From assembly GCF_964194155.1 (NCBI RefSeq), contig NC_135901.1, positions 33,790,001-33,854,000 of the forward strand: a DNA stretch of 64,000 bases, written 5' to 3'. A program made the translations under genes and the position numbers. This document shows, in pieces, positions 11,715-24,409 of the stretch; the stretch's first letter is position 1; the number at the start of each line of letters is the position of its first letter. The DNA is from Cetorhinus maximus (taxonomy: Eukaryota). Under the pieces are notes generated by a model. That model did no database searches. It was not told the origin of the DNA and saw only the letters and a program-made list of their open reading frames with translations.

Positions 11715-12243
11715 TGAGTAAATCAGTCTAAATTTGACATATACATGTACAGTTTCAAAAAAAAAGAATATTTTCAGGGTTATTAAAAGTTTTATGAGCC
11801 ATAAAATGTTTGCAGAGAAAACACCTTTCTGACTGTATATCACACCAATAGCTTATGCTGAATATAAAAACCCCTATCATAGTGACTATGATAAAATCTG
11901 CTTGTGTGTGTAACCGGCAGTCATGTATATGAAATATCCTGTACACGCAGAAATGAAACTTCAAGATTTTATTTAGTGAAGAATTATGGAGAGTTATAAA
12001 GAGAATTATTAAGAGTTAATTACACACGAGTCCAATTTACAATGCAGACTTTACAATATATTACATTTCTGTTGAACTTATTGCAAGTATTTAGCTGCTT
12101 GAAGTGCTCGCTTCACAATAATGATTGTCCAAACTGTCTGTCAGAAGCCTCCTCCCCGCTCAACATCTCCTGTAACCTTTAGGGTCACATCAAGTCTGAT
12201 GCATTAAAATGCGGTCTCACTGGGAAAGGTTTGGGAAGCGCTG
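11715..12243. mobile_element. Possible hAT DNA transposon remnant
   Basis: AT-rich block ending aaaggtttgggaagcgctg, which resembles a hAT/Charlie terminal repeat. No second end found. Confidence 0.25.
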
Positions 12244-12387
12244 GATTAATAGACACAGCACATGGTGTTTAACACAAAACTGTTTGATTTGACTTTTATC
12301 TGCAGTTCATTAACATCAGCAAAAACAGATCCCAATGAACAGTGTTCAGTCCTGGATGTGGTTAACCGCAAAATCCAATCACTGTCA

Positions 12388-12837
12388 TCACTCATGAATC
12401 CGCTGGTGTCTCAGCAGGTGGGATGAAGTAGTGAATCCCTTTCCACACTCGGAGCAGGTGAACGGTCTCTCCCCAGTGTGAACTCGCTGGTGTCTCAGCA
12501 GGTTGGATGACCGAGTGAACCCCTTCCCACACTCTGAGCAGGTGCACAGTCTCTCCCCAGTGTGAACTCGCTGGTGTCTCAGCAGGTTGGATACCTGAGT
12601 AAATTGTTTCCCGCACATGGAGCAGGTGAACGGCCTCTCCCCAGTGTGACTGCGCCGATGTGTTTCCAGCTGAGACGGGTAGTTGAATCCCTTCCCACAT
12701 TCCCCACATTTCCACAGTTTCTCCCCGGTGTGACTGCGCCGATGAGTTTCCAGCTCAGACGGGTAGTTGAATCCCTTCCCACATTCCCCACATTTCCACA
12801 GTTTCTCCCGAGTGTGAACAGTGCTTTTACCTTCCAT
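12388..12837 (-). CDS. Tandem C2H2 zinc-finger protein, class A, 5 fingers
   Basis: ATG at 12837 (MEGKST), five fingers, acceptor tttcacag at about 12947, ZNF-type 3' UTR. Confidence 0.85.
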   Translation of the reverse strand: MEGKSTVHTREKLWKCGECGKGFNYPSELETHRRSHTGEKLWKCGECGKGFNYPSQLETHRRSHTGERPFTCSMCGKQFTQVSNLLRHQRVHTGERLCTCSECGKGFTRSSNLLRHQRVHTGERPFTCSECGKGFTTSSHLLRHQRIHE

Positions 12838-13264
12838 GTTCAAAATCCAATGATGTTCAGGTTACTATACATTGGGCAACTCCGTCAGATCCTGATGTGA
12901 TGTTTGGTTTCAGTTTCCCGACTGCAAATCCTCCCCTTCTAATACCCTGTGAAATTGATTTGAAACAGAAAAAAGGGAGTGAGAGACAACCCACAAAAAC
13001 ACAAAGGCAGGTTGTGAAATTGAGCTGAATGAGTCTGGTCATTGATCTGTGGGGCCGGCACTAGGAAAAAGTGATCATGAAAACTGCTGGATTGTTATAA
13101 AAACCCAACTGGTTCATTAATGTCCTTCAGGGAAGGGAAACTGTCACCCAGTCTGGGCCTACACAAGACTCTGGCCTCTTTGGGAGCAGAAATAGAGAGA
13201 GAGATGGGAGTGGGTGTGGGGGGGAGTGAGAAGAGAGTGTGAGACAGGGGGTGAGGGAGAGGGA

Positions 13265-13335
13265 TATCTGGCAGCATCTGTGGAGAGAGAAACAGAGTTA
13301 ACATTTCGAGCCCGTATGACTCTTCTTTGGAATTG
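13265..13335 (-). mobile_element. Short PLE family 1 terminal fragment
   Basis: ggcagcatctgtggagagagaaacagagttaacatttcgagcccgtatgactcttc. Confidence 0.55.
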
Positions 13336-13489
13336 GTGAAGCAGAGGGGATTTATATTTCTACAACTCAACCAGAACGTGGAGAGAATCTCCCAAACCCC
13401 CAGCCTCACCACCTAGAAGGACCAGGGTAGCAGGTGTATGTGAACACCATCACCTCCAAGTTCCCCTCCAAGTCACACACCTTCCTGAC

Positions 13490-14185
13490 TTGTCTGACAC
13501 CCAGTACTGGATGAGCAGAAATTTCCTCCAGTTAAATATTGGGAAGACTGAAGCCATTGTCTTCAGTCCCCACTACAAACTTCACTCCCCAGACACCAAC
13601 TCCATCCCTCTCCCTGACAACTGTCTGAGGCTGAACCAGACTGTTCACAACCATGGTGAAATATTTCACCCCAAGATGAGCTTCCAACCACATATCCACA
13701 TCATCACCAAGACCGCCTATTTCCACCTCAGTAACATCGCCCGACTCCACCCCAGTCTCAGCTCATCTGCTGCTGAAACTCTCATCCATTCCTTTGTTCC
13801 CTCTAGACTTAACTATCCTAACACACTCCCAGCCGCCTTCCACATTCAACCTCCCTGTAATTTTGAGGTCATCCAAAACTCTGCTGCCCGTGTGCTTACT
13901 CACACCAAGTCTTGTTCACCCATCACCCCCTGTGCTCACTGACCTAAAAAGGCTCCGGGTTAAGGAGAACTGAAATTTGAAATATCTCATCCCTGTTTTC
14001 ACATTCCTGCTCCCTAACTCAGAAATCTTCACCAGCCTCGCAACCCTCTGAGATATCTGTACTCCTCTGAGTCCAGCCTCCTGACCATTCCTGATTTGAA
14101 TCACTCCAGAGTTGGTCGCCATTTTGTCAGTTTTGAAGGCCTCAAGGTCTGCAATTTCCCCCCGAAACCTCTCAACCTCTTAAGT
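13490..14185 (+). mobile_element. L2 LINE fragment; its 3' tail continues at about 18400-18560 after nested insertions
   Basis: WMSRNFLQLNIGKTEAIVF...AETLIHSFVPSRLNY. Shared with the introns at 24975-25500 and 53300-54130. Confidence 0.75.
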
Positions 14186-15760
14186 CTCCAGAATTACAGA
14201 TGCCAGTCTTCAGCCAATTCGATTCACTCCACGTGATATCAAGTAATGGCTGAAGGCACTGGATACTGCAAAGACTATGGGCCCTGACAATATTCTGGCA
14301 ATAGTACTTGAAGGCTTGTGCTCCATGTTGCACCCCTAGCCAAGCTGTTCCAGTACAGCTACAGCACTGGCATCTACCACAACATTGCCCAGGTATGTCC
14401 TGCACACAAAAAGCAGGACAAATACAACCCAGCAAATGACCGCCCCATCAGTCTACTCTCCATCATGAATAACGTGATGAAAGGGGTCATCAATAGTGCT
14501 ATCAAGCAGCGCTTGCTTAGCAATTGCTGACTGTCGCCTTGTTTGGGTTCCACCAGGGCCACTCAGCTCCTGACCTCATTACAATCTTGGTTCAAACATG
14601 GACAAAAGAGCTGAACTACAGAGTTGAGGTGAGAGTGACTGCCCTTGACATCAAGGCAGCATTTGACCGAGTGTGGCATCAAGGAGCCCCAGCAAAACTG
14701 GAGTCAATGGGAATCAGGGGAAAAACACTCCGCTGGCTGGAGTCATACTGAGCACAAAAGAAGATGGTTGTGGTTGTTGAAGGTCAATCATCTCAATTCC
14801 AGGATATCACTGCAGGAGTTCCTCAGGTAGAGTCTTAGGCCCAACCATCTTCAGCTGCTTTATCAATGACCTTCCTTCTACCACAAGGCCAGAAGTGGGG
14901 ATGTTCACTGATGATTGCACAATGTTCAGCACCATTCGCGACTCCTCAGCTAATGAAGCAGTCCATGTCCAAATGCAGCAAGACCTGGGCAATATCCAGA
15001 CTTGGGCTCATAAGTGGCAAGTAACATGCACGCCACACAAGTGCCAGGCAATGACAATCTCCAACAAGAGAGAATTGAATCATCGCCCCATGACATTCAA
15101 TGGCATTACCATCACTGAATCTCCCACTATCAACATCCTCGGGGTTACCACTGACCAGAAACTGAACTGGACTACAAGAGCATATTAGAGGCTAGGAATC
15201 CTGCAGTGATTAACTCACCTCCTGACTCCCCAGAACCTGTCCACAAGGCACAAGTCAGGAGTGTGATGGAATGCTCTCCACTTGCCTGGTGAGTGCAGTT
15301 CCAACAACACTCAAGAAGCTCGACACCATCCAGGACAAAGCAGCCCGCTTGATTGGCATCCCTTCCACAAACATTCACTCCCTCCATTACCGACACACAG
15401 TAGCAGCAGTGTGTACCATCTACAAGATGCACTGCACGAACTCACCAAGCCTCCTTAGACAGCGCCTTCCAAGCCCATGACCACTACCATTTAGAAAGGC
15501 AAGGGCAGCAGATACATGGGAACACAACCACCTACAAGTTTCCCTCCAAGGCACTCACCATCCTGACTTGGAAATATATCGCCATTCCATTACTGTCACT
15601 GGGTCAAAATGCTGGAACTCCCTAACAGCACTGTGGGTGTACCTACGCCACAGGGACTTCCGCGGTTCAAGAAGGCACCTTCTCAACGGCAATTAGGAAT
15701 GGGCGATAAATGCTGGCCTGGCCAGCAATGCCCACAGCCCATGGAGTAATTAAAAATAAT
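14186..15760 (+). mobile_element. Non-LTR retrotransposon (CR1 group, second family), RT region and 3' end
   Basis: RPISLLSI, QGHSAPDL...ALDIKAAFDRVWHQG, MFTDDCT. The tail ggcaattaggaatgggc is shared with the SINE at 21468. Confidence 0.85.
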
Positions 15761-15780
15761 TCCTCCTTGAAGGCCTCCTT

Positions 15781-18400
15781 CAGGGCTCATCTACAGAGGC
15801 CATATGGGTGGAGCTGAGGAACGGGAAAGGTGTGACCACACTAATAGGGTTGTATTATAGACCGCCCAATAGTCAAAGAGAATTGGAGGAGGAAATCTGT
15901 AGAGAGATAGCAGACCGATGTAAGAAACAGAAAGTTGTGATAGTAGGAGATTTTAACTTTCCACATATTGACTGGGACTCCCATACTGTAAAAGGGCTGG
16001 ATGGCTTGTGTTTGTCAAATGTGTTCAGGAAAGTTTTCTAAATCAATATATAGAGGTACCAACGAGAGAGGATGCAATACTTGATCTCCTATTAGGGAAC
16101 CAGACAGGTCAGGTGACAGAAGTATGTGTAGGTGAACATTTTGGGTCCAATGACCACAATGTCATTAGTTTTAAGTTAATTATGGATAAGGATAGGTCTG
16201 GTCCTCGAGTTGAGATTCTAAATTGGAGAAAGGCCAATTTTGTGGAAATGAGAAAGGATCTAGGAAGAGTGGATTGGGATAAGTTGTATTCTGGCAAGGA
16301 TGTGTTCAGTAAGTGGAAGGCATTCAAAGGTGAAATTTTGAGAGTGCAGAGTTTGCATGTTCCTGTCAGGATTAAAGGCAAAGTTAACAGGCATAGGGAA
16401 TCTTGGTTTTCAAGGGATATTGGCGATCTGGTTAAGAAGAAGAGAGAGGTGTATAGAAGGTATAGGCAACAAGGAGCAAATGAGGTACTTGTTGAGTATA
16501 GAAAATGTAAGAAAATACTAAAGAAGGAAATCAGGAAGGCAAAAAGAAGACATGAGGTTGCTTTGGCAGATAATGTGAAGGTAAACCCAAAGGGTTTCTA
16601 CAAGTATATTAAGAGTAAAAGGATAGTAAGGGACACAATTGATCCCCTTGAAGATCAGAGTGGTCGTCTATATGTGGAGCCTCACGAGATGAGGGAGATC
16701 TTAAACAGTTTTTTTGCATCAGTATTTCCTCAGGAAATTGGCATAGTGTATAAGGAAGGAAGGGAAACAAGCAGTAGTGTCATGGAACATATAGAGATTA
16801 AAGAGGAGGAGGTGCTTGCTGCCTTACAGCGAATAAAGGTAGGTAAATCCGCAGGCCTGACATGATATTCCCATGGACCTTGAGGGAGACTAGTGTAGAA
16901 ATTGCAGGGGCCCTGGCAGAAATATTTAAAATGTCCTTAGCCACGGGTGAGGTGCCGGAGGATTGGAGGGTAGCTCATGTTGTTCCGTTGTTTAAAAAAG
17001 GCTCCAAAAGTAAACCAGGTAATTACAGGCCAGTGAGCCTGACGTCAATAGTAGGTAAATTATTGGAAGGTGTTCTGAGAGATCGGATAAACAATTATTT
17101 GGACAGCCAAGGGCTGATTAAGGATAGTCAGCATGGCTTTGTGCGTGGTAGATCGTGTTTAACGAACCTTGTAGAGTTTTTCGAGTTTATCAAGAAAGTA
17201 GATGAAGGAAAGGCTGTGGATGTTGTCTACATGGATTTTAGTAAGGCCTTTGACAAGGTCCCACATGGGAGGTTAGATCAGAAGGTTCGGACACTTGGTA
17301 TCCATGGAGAGGTTGTAAACTGGGTTTGAAATTGGCTGCGTGGGAGAAGACAGAGAGTGGTAGTGGATGATTGCTTCTCAGACTGGAGGCCTGTGACTAG
17401 TGGTGTGCCTCAGGGATCTGTGCTGGGACCATTGTTGTTGTTGTCTATATTAATGATTTGGATGATAATGTGGTAAATTGGATCAGCAAGTTTGCTGATG
17501 ACACTAAGATTGGAGGCGTTGTGGACAGCGAGGAAGGCTTTCAAAGCTTGCAGAGGGATCTGGACCAATTGGAAAAATGGGCCAGAAAATGGCAGATGGA
17601 ATTTAATGCAGAAAAGTGTGAGGTGTTGCATTTTGGAAGGACAAACCAAGGTAGGACATACACAGTAAATGGTAGGGCACTGAGGAGTGCGGAGGAACAA
17701 AGGGATCTGGGAGTTCAGATACATAATTCCCTGAAAGTGGCGTCACAGGTAAACAGGGTTGTAAAGAAAGCTTTTGGCATACTGGCCTTCATAAATCAAA
17801 GTATTGAGTATAGGAGTTGGGATGTTATGGTGAGGTGGTATAAGACATTGGTGAGGCCAACTTTGGAGTATTGTGTGCAGTTCTGGTTGCCAAACTACAG
17901 GAAGGATATCAGTAAGGTTGAAAGAGTGCAGAGAAGATTTACTAGGATGTTGCCGGGTCTTCAGGAGTTGAGTTACAGGGAAAGATTAAACAGGTTAGGA
18001 CTTTATTCCTTGGAGCGTAGAAGGATGAGGGGAGATTTGATAGAAGTTTACAAAATTATGAGGGGTATAGACAGAGTAAATGCGAGTAGGCTCTTTCCAC
18101 TTAGATTAGGCGAGATAAACACGAGAGGACATGGCTTTAGGGTGAAAGGGGAAAGGTTTAGGGGGAATATTAGGGGGAACTTCTTCACTCAGAGAGTGGT
18201 GGGAGTGTGGAACGAGCTGCCATCTGACGTAGTAAATGCGGGCTCACTCTTAAGTTTTAAGAATAAGTTGGGTAGATACATGGATGGGAGAGGTCTGGAG
18301 GGTTATGGACTAGGTGCAGGTCAATGGGACTGGCGGAATAATATTTCAGCACAGACTAGAAGGGCCGAATGGCCTGTTTTTCTGTGCTGTAGTGTTCTAT
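15781..18400 (+). mobile_element. Relatively young CR1 LINE, ORF2 (partial endonuclease and RT) broken by a few frameshifts and stops
   Basis: GLYYRPP, IVGDFNFP, LDLLL, NYRPVSLTS, QHGF, YMDFSKAFDKVPH and KFADDTK across ORFs 15808-18456. Intact 3' tail. Confidence 0.92.
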
Positions 18401-19077
18401 GGAAGATTCTCGTTAAAACCCACCTCTTTGACCAAACTTTTGGTCACCTGCCCTAATATCTCCTTATGTGGCTCAGTGTCAAATCTTTATTCGTAACATT
18501 TCTGTGAAATGTCTTGGAACATTCCACAACATTAGAAAGTGAAACGGTTGCTGTTGATTTGGAATTATTTCTATGTTCCTTCAGCATGGCTGGGTGATTA
18601 ACCTGTAACTCCTTACCGAACAGCACTGTGGGAGCACCTTCACCACACAGACTGCAGCAGTTCAAGAAGGTCAAACATCATCTTCTCCACAGGCAATTGG
18701 GGGTTCGCAATATATGTTGGTATCTGTGGAGAGGGAAACAGACTGAAGATTTCAGGGTGTGCAGAATGAATTACCGGGAATAAAAATGCTGCAGAATTTG
18801 ATGGTCAATATAAGCTCAGAGGTGGAAGAGAAATGGATTGTAGCGCAGGAAAAACAATTCCTGACTGTGAAAGATACTGTGGGAAGATAAAGCTGGGAAG
18901 CCAGCAGCACATGGTTGGGGATGGGCAGCGGTGGAAATTTCATTTAGACACAGTCGGCAGAAGTGACAGTAAAATCCTAAACAGAGCTAAAATACACCCA
19001 TTATTAGAGACAGAGGAAGCTTAACAATAGCAGAGAGGTGATCAGAGAGGACAAAGCTGAAACAGAGCAATGGATGG

Positions 19078-19995
19078 TGTTATGAATTAAATTCATCCTA
19101 CGTCGCTGGGTGCTAACGTGGTAACATGTGGAGATTGTAACATTTAAGGTACAGGTTGTTCCAATGCTTGTTACATTGGTTCCTGTCTAGTAACAAGGGT
19201 GGGACCCTCTGGCAGTGTTTTGATAGGTCATCAGATCGCTTCAAGGGCTTCAACAGCTCTTCCTTCTTTAGGGAGTTATTTTCAGGAGTTGCCAGGCAAC
19301 AAGTGCCACAGAGAAAGGCAGAGGTTCGAGTTATGTTAAAAAGTTAGAGAAAAGGCTGTAGGGAGCAGAATTTAAATAAAGAGCTGTTGAAGCAAAGGTA
19401 CCCCTTTAGAGCAGTGGTGTTCTGCTTGGCACAGCTGTAGATCTGAAAGTGTGTTTGTAAGCTAGTGTTTGAGTGTACTCAGGAATCCAGGAAGAAGGAA
19501 TCTTGGAAAGCGAGACTAAAACTCTGTGAGGTGGGCTATTGTTAAAGCTGTCTGAGTGGGAGTGACTTTTGGAAAGAATTCCAGGTGAGATCTTCGAAGC
19601 TGGAGATTGGAAACCCTCGTGAGAAAGACAAAGTTTCAATGAGGTTGGTTGACTCACAGTGGGACTCATGTGGGTTGTTGAGAAATCCTTGGAATCTGCT
19701 TTGGTTGCATCTGTCATTTACTCTGTAGCATGTTGTGTTTGACCACAGTTCGTCTATTAATTCACATGTACCTTATACTTACTTTGAATGTTGGAGTATC
19801 AGATATGTATTGTAACTCGCTTTATCTTTCTGAGCTTGTATGGTAAATTTTGCTTAATTGTTGTTCAAAATCCTTGAGGTTTTATCCCAAAAACAGGTGT
19901 CTTGAATCTCAACCTTTATCTACTTTAAGCAAAATGGTATTGATCCCGAACCAGATCTCCCCCCATGTCCCAGGGTCTGCTCAAGGATCATAACA
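19078..19995. mobile_element. Solo LTR (Gypsy-like)
   Basis: Perfect inverted termini TGTTATGA...TCATAACA and a 4-bp target-site duplication (TSD) ATGG. Confidence 0.85.
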
Positions 19996-20454
19996 ATGGA
20001 CATGGATTCAAATCCAGAGGAAAGAAGCCACACCAGCTATTAACAGGGTCCATGTCAGCTGGTGAAGTCAAAACTAAGACATAAAGCCTTTTCTTGCTGT
20101 GATAGACTTTGTTCAGTGTCAACACTCCGCATCCACACCGTGTCCCAGCTTACTTATAAGTGTTCAAAAACTCATCACCTGTTTCCTTCAACAATCTAAT
20201 TGACATTAACAAGCTTCAACAATGTGACTGATAACACATTCACGTCAACCTCAGAGCCATGGAACTTCGCACAGATAACAGAGCATAAAACTAAAAGCTT
20301 TAAATTGTAGATGAATAGTCAAAAATACTCACCTGTGAAACAATTTCAAGGTTCAATTTTAAACTCTCCTGCTGGAGCCTGCAGCTGGAAAGATATCAGA
20401 AGCACTGGAGTCAGAGAAAAATCTCCCAGTTGAGGAAATACCCGGGGAGCAGGG

Positions 20455-20524
20455 TGATGTCACCGTGTAATTGCCGATGTGTGATGATGTCACCGTGTAA
20501 TTGTCGATGTGTGATGATGTCACA
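20455..20524. repeat. 30-bp tandem repeat, about 2.3 copies
   Basis: tgatgtcaccgtgtaattgycgatgtgtga repeated. Confidence 0.8.
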
Positions 20525-20570
20525 GACACAGAACATCTGGGTCTGTACAAACCAGTGATCACCACACATT

Positions 20571-20875
20571 GTGAAAGATGTGAGGGTCCTTGAGAGGGTG
20601 CAGAGGAGATTTAACAGAATGGTTCAGGGGATGAGGGATTTTAACAGTAAGGTTAGGTTCTCCTTGGAGAAAAGCGGATTAAGGGGAGATTTAATGGAGG
20701 TGTACAAGTTTATGATAGGTTTAGATAAGGTAGATAAGGAAAAGCTGTTCCCATTAACTGATTGTAAAAGGATTACAGGACACAGATTAAAGATTTTGGG
20801 CTAGGTCTGCAGGGGGGGATGTGAGGAAGAACGTTTTTACACCTTGAGTAGTAAAGACCTGGAACTTAATGCTTA
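20571..20875 (+). mobile_element. CR1 LINE fragment
   Basis: KDVRVLERVQRRF...LRGDLMEVYK. Confidence 0.75.
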
Positions 20876-20894
20876 CACTCAGAGGCCGATAATA

Positions 20895-21105
20895 TCCAGG
20901 TCCTGAATTTCTATCCTGGACTAAGTGACAGCTTTGGGAAATGGTTTGTACTGAGCATTAGAAAAGGAGGATCCCAGTCCTGATGAATCGAGTGACTCTG
21001 TCAGGTCTTCCCCGTCTGTAAATCCTCCACTTCTGACCCCCTGTAAAAGGAGTCTCCAAAATCCATCCCTGTCAGTCCAGGATAGAAATTCACAACATTC
21101 TCTCC
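20895..21105 (-). pseudogene. Truncated ZNF exon head (acceptor and leader, no fingers)
   Basis: ccttttacag|ggggtcagaagtggaggatttacagac...DLTESLDSSG matches ZNF exon-2 leaders. Confidence 0.55.
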
Positions 21106-21119
21106 TCCTGCTACCTGGA

Positions 21120-21465
21120 CCAGGATGGCCGCGCATGCGCCCTGCTGCACATTGCCCCCTATAAAGATGGCGGCCGTTACCCCGGGCCTGGCGAAGGGAG
21201 AAATCCAGACTTTTTCGGTTCGTTCTCGTCAAACACAAGACCGATACCTTGTTATTGGGGTCTGCGGTCTGCACTGTGCCTTTATGAAGCCTCCCTGCCC
21301 ACTCCGCTGGCTCCATTCCTCCTCACACACCCACTAACTCTGTTAGTTTGCTCCACTCGACGTTCTCTAACCCTCACTGAGCAGCTTCTGTCACAGAACA
21401 GTGCTGCGCATGCTCATGATTATATTGCAATGCGCATGCTCCAAGGACACGCTGTCATGTGCATG
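21120..21465 (-). promoter_or_regulatory. ZNF promoter cassette
   Basis: gcgcatgcgc at 21131, aagatggcggcc at 21164, and two tgcgcatgctc sites at about 21405 and 21431. Confidence 0.6.
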
Positions 21466-21467
21466 TG

Positions 21468-21715
21468 GGAGATGTGGTGACGTAGCGGTGCTAGACTGGT
21501 GAACCAGAGACCCAGTGTAATGTTCTGGGGAGACGGGTTCGAATCCCACCACGACAGATAGTGGAAATTGAATTCAATAAAAATGTGAATTGTCTTAAAA
21601 TCCCAACCTGGTCCTTACCTGTGACTCCAGACCCACAGTAATGTGGTTGACTCTCAAATGCCCTTTGAGCAAGGACAATTAGGGATGGGCCATGAATCGC
21701 ATGAATGAATAAAAA
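21468..21715 (+). mobile_element. tRNA-derived SINE
   Basis: A-box-like head, B box ggttcgaatccc at 21536, LINE-derived tail caattagggatgggc. Confidence 0.75.
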
Positions 21716-21744
21716 CAAAGTGCAGAGAGCTCCCCGAGAGAGCA

Positions 21745-22240
21745 TATAACATAAGAAATAGGAGTAGGCCATTCTGCCCCTCAAGCCTACCCCACGATTC
21801 AATAAGCTGACCTGCCCCAGGCCTCAACTCCTCTTTCATGCCAGCTCCTCAACTCCCCGATATTTCAAAAATCTATTTACCTCTTTAAATACTTCCATGA
21901 TCTAGCCTCCACAACTCTCTGGGGTAGAGAATTTCAGACATTCACTACCCTCTGAGAGAAGAAATTCCTTCACATCTCAGTTTTGAATGAGTGTCCCCTT
22001 ATTCTGTAACTATGTTATTTTTTATGTCCCCTAGTTTGAGGTTCCCCTATTAGTGGAAATATCTTCTCAACATCTACCCTGTCAAGCCCCCTCAGGATCT
22101 TCTACATTTCAATAAGATCACCCTCCATTCTTTTAAACTCTAATGAACAAAGGCCTAACCTGTTTAGCCATTCTTGATAATTCAATCCCTTCATCCCATG
22201 AATCAGCTTAGTGAATCTCTTTTGAACTGTCTCCAACAGG
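21745..22240 (-). mobile_element. CR1 LINE 3' fragment
   Basis: LETVQKRFTKLI...LNRLGLCSLEFKRMEGDLIE plus tail. Confidence 0.75.
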
Positions 22241-22429
22241 GCACATTCTGCTCTCCTTTGAATGTTGGGATGTCCCCACTGCCATTGAAAGCCCTTTTTT
22301 TTGAACGGAAAATTATGTTTTGTCATCTGATGTCAATTGGAGCCCAGGGCCAAGATATAACATAATTTATCAATTGATATAACAAACAAAGTGCACAGGT
22401 CCTCTGCCATAGTTCTGTTCTGGTGTAAT

Positions 22430-22520
22430 TAGCAGCAGAACAACCCCCTACAGTTAAATGTGAACTCACTGGAGTCTCACTGGGCAGTGTGAACAAATGA
22501 TTTTTCTTCCCTTATGCAGA
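22430..22520 (-). pseudogene. Highly degenerate last-finger/stop remnant of a ZNF gene
   Basis: Reverse strand gagactccagtgagttcacatttaactgtagggggttgttctgctgct resembles the ZNF stop-codon region. Confidence 0.3.
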
Positions 22521-22544
22521 AGAGTCAAGCTCCATCTTGTCAGT

Positions 22545-22840
22545 AACATACGAACAAGGAGCAGGAGTCGGCCATTCGGCCCCTCGAGCCTGCTCTACCA
22601 TTTAATAAGATCATGGCTGATCTGATCTGATAGAAACCTCAAATCTGCACCCTGCCTACCCCCGATAACATATCACTCCCCCCTTTATCAATAATCTATC
22701 CACCTCTGCTTTAAAAATATTCAAAGACTTTGCTTCTGCCATCTTTTCAGCAAGAGAGTACCAAAGATTCACGGTCGTCTGGGAGAAAAAATGTTGCCTC
22801 ATCTCTGTTTTAAATGGGCGACATTTTATTTTTAAACTGT
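22545..22840 (-). mobile_element. CR1 LINE 3' end
   Basis: Tail caggctcgaggggccgaatggccgactcctgctcct on the minus strand. Confidence 0.7.
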
Positions 22841-23164
22841 CAGAGAATGACTAGATTTCAGCACAGGACAAGTAGAAAGTTCAGTTAACATGATTGTCAA
22901 GCAGTGAGGAAGTGAATTTGCAATTCATGTGCACCTTGTTCGTGCATTTTCCAGATTAGAACTTCAATTGAACCTATCGTTCTCCATCATGAGCATATTC
23001 AAGATGGAAATCTCAGGTCACTCAGGGAATCAAAGGATATTGTGGGGGGTGGGGGTGCAGGGGGATGAAGTAGAGTGGAAGTGGAAGATTATTCACTGGT
23101 GGAACAGACTCAAGGGGCCGCATGGACTACCCCTGCACCTATTTCTTATGAATATCGCTGTGAA

Positions 23165-24065
23165 TCATTTCCACTCAAGCACAGCAGATGCAGCACCCGC
23201 CCTCTCACTTCCTCGTTCCCCTCATCCCAGGTCCCCAAACACTCAATATAAAAGCAAAAAACTGCGGATGCTGGAAATCCAAAACAAAAACAAAAATACC
23301 TGGAAAAACTCAGCAGGCCTGGCAGCATCTGCGGAGAGGAGCAAATACTCAATCCAGGTTACTGTCAGAGTAATTTACTTATACTTCTTTATATTTAATA
23401 TTGTGTAGTTGCTGCTCGCGATGTGGTCTCTTCTACACTGAGGAAACTAAATCCCAATTGGGTGACTGCTTTGTGGATCATCACCATTTGGCCTGCAATC
23501 ATGGTCCTGAGTTTCTAACCATTTACCAGTTTAATTCTCCACCCACTGTCTCTGACCTCTCTGTCCTCGGCCCCCTACATTGTTCCAATGAAGCTCAATG
23601 GAAGCTCAAGGAACAGCAGCTCATCTTTGATTGGACACTTTACAACCTTCCAGACTCAACATTCATTTCAACAATTTCAGATCAAAGCCACCATTTTTCA
23701 GACAGTAGGTGCTGGCAATTGTTCTGCTGTTACCATTTATCCTTCCTGTGGACCTGTCTTTTGTTTCTTCACCTATCCCAATAGCTTATTTCCTTGTCTC
23801 ATTATCACCCAATGTTGCCTTGCACCATCATCCCCTTTGTCATTTAATCACTCCAGTCTTCTATCCTATCACAAGACCGTTTGTTCTTTCCTTCTCTCTC
23901 CCTCTCCTATCCCTGCCTCTACTTGTTTGTAAACTTTTAAATCTCTAAATTCTTCCAGTTTGGAGAGAAGGTCGCCGCCCTGAAACATTCACTCTCTTTC
24001 CCTCTCCACAGAAGCTGTTTGACCAGCTGATCCGATTTCCAGTATCTGCAGTATCTTGTTTTTGG
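23165..24065 (+). mobile_element. Old PLE fragment (GIY-YIG region) with a nested short PLE end at about 23249-23342
   Basis: CSRCGLFYTEETKSQLGDCFVDH...KLKEQQLIF. The nested piece is flanked by caaa(c/t)actcaat. Confidence 0.7.
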
Positions 24066-24213
24066 GGTCACAGTGGATCAGTTTTCTCTGACTTTTCGTT
24101 CCCTGTTTAAAGATGATGAAGAGATTTTAAAGAATGAGACAATAACTGTTCCCCTGTTCGACATGAAACTAAGCTCACTGTTAATTCCTCCTCAGTAACT
24201 ATTATAAACACAA

Positions 24214-24285
24214 AGTTTCCAGCCGGGATTGAACCGGGGACTTTCTCATGTAAAGTAAAGGTGATAATCAGTGCACTGGGGAAAT
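24214..24285 (-). pseudogene. tRNA-Val pseudogene
   Basis: Minus strand atttccccagtgcactgattatcacctttactttacatgagaaagtccccggttcaatcccggctggaaact is colinear with eukaryotic tRNA-Val (GTTTCCGTAGTG...GTCCCCGGTTCGAAACCGGGCGGAAAC). The stems are disrupted and the anticodon position reads TAC. Confidence 0.7.
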
Positions 24286-24409
24286 GAGTGTGAATCCCCC
24301 CCCCCGGACAGAGGGGAACTGACCATCCATCTCTAGCTCTAATTCCCAAACAGAAAATGCTGCCAAGAATCAGCAAGTCAGGCTGAGTCTGTGGCCGCTC
24401 CGACCATTT

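Noticed and set aside
15781-18456. Active LINE or host RT gene
   Set aside because: 5'-truncated, and ORF2 is split by frameshifts and stops.
21468-21550. Functional tRNA gene
   Set aside because: The tRNA-like head continues into a SINE body and LINE-derived tail that are repeated at 50621-51498.
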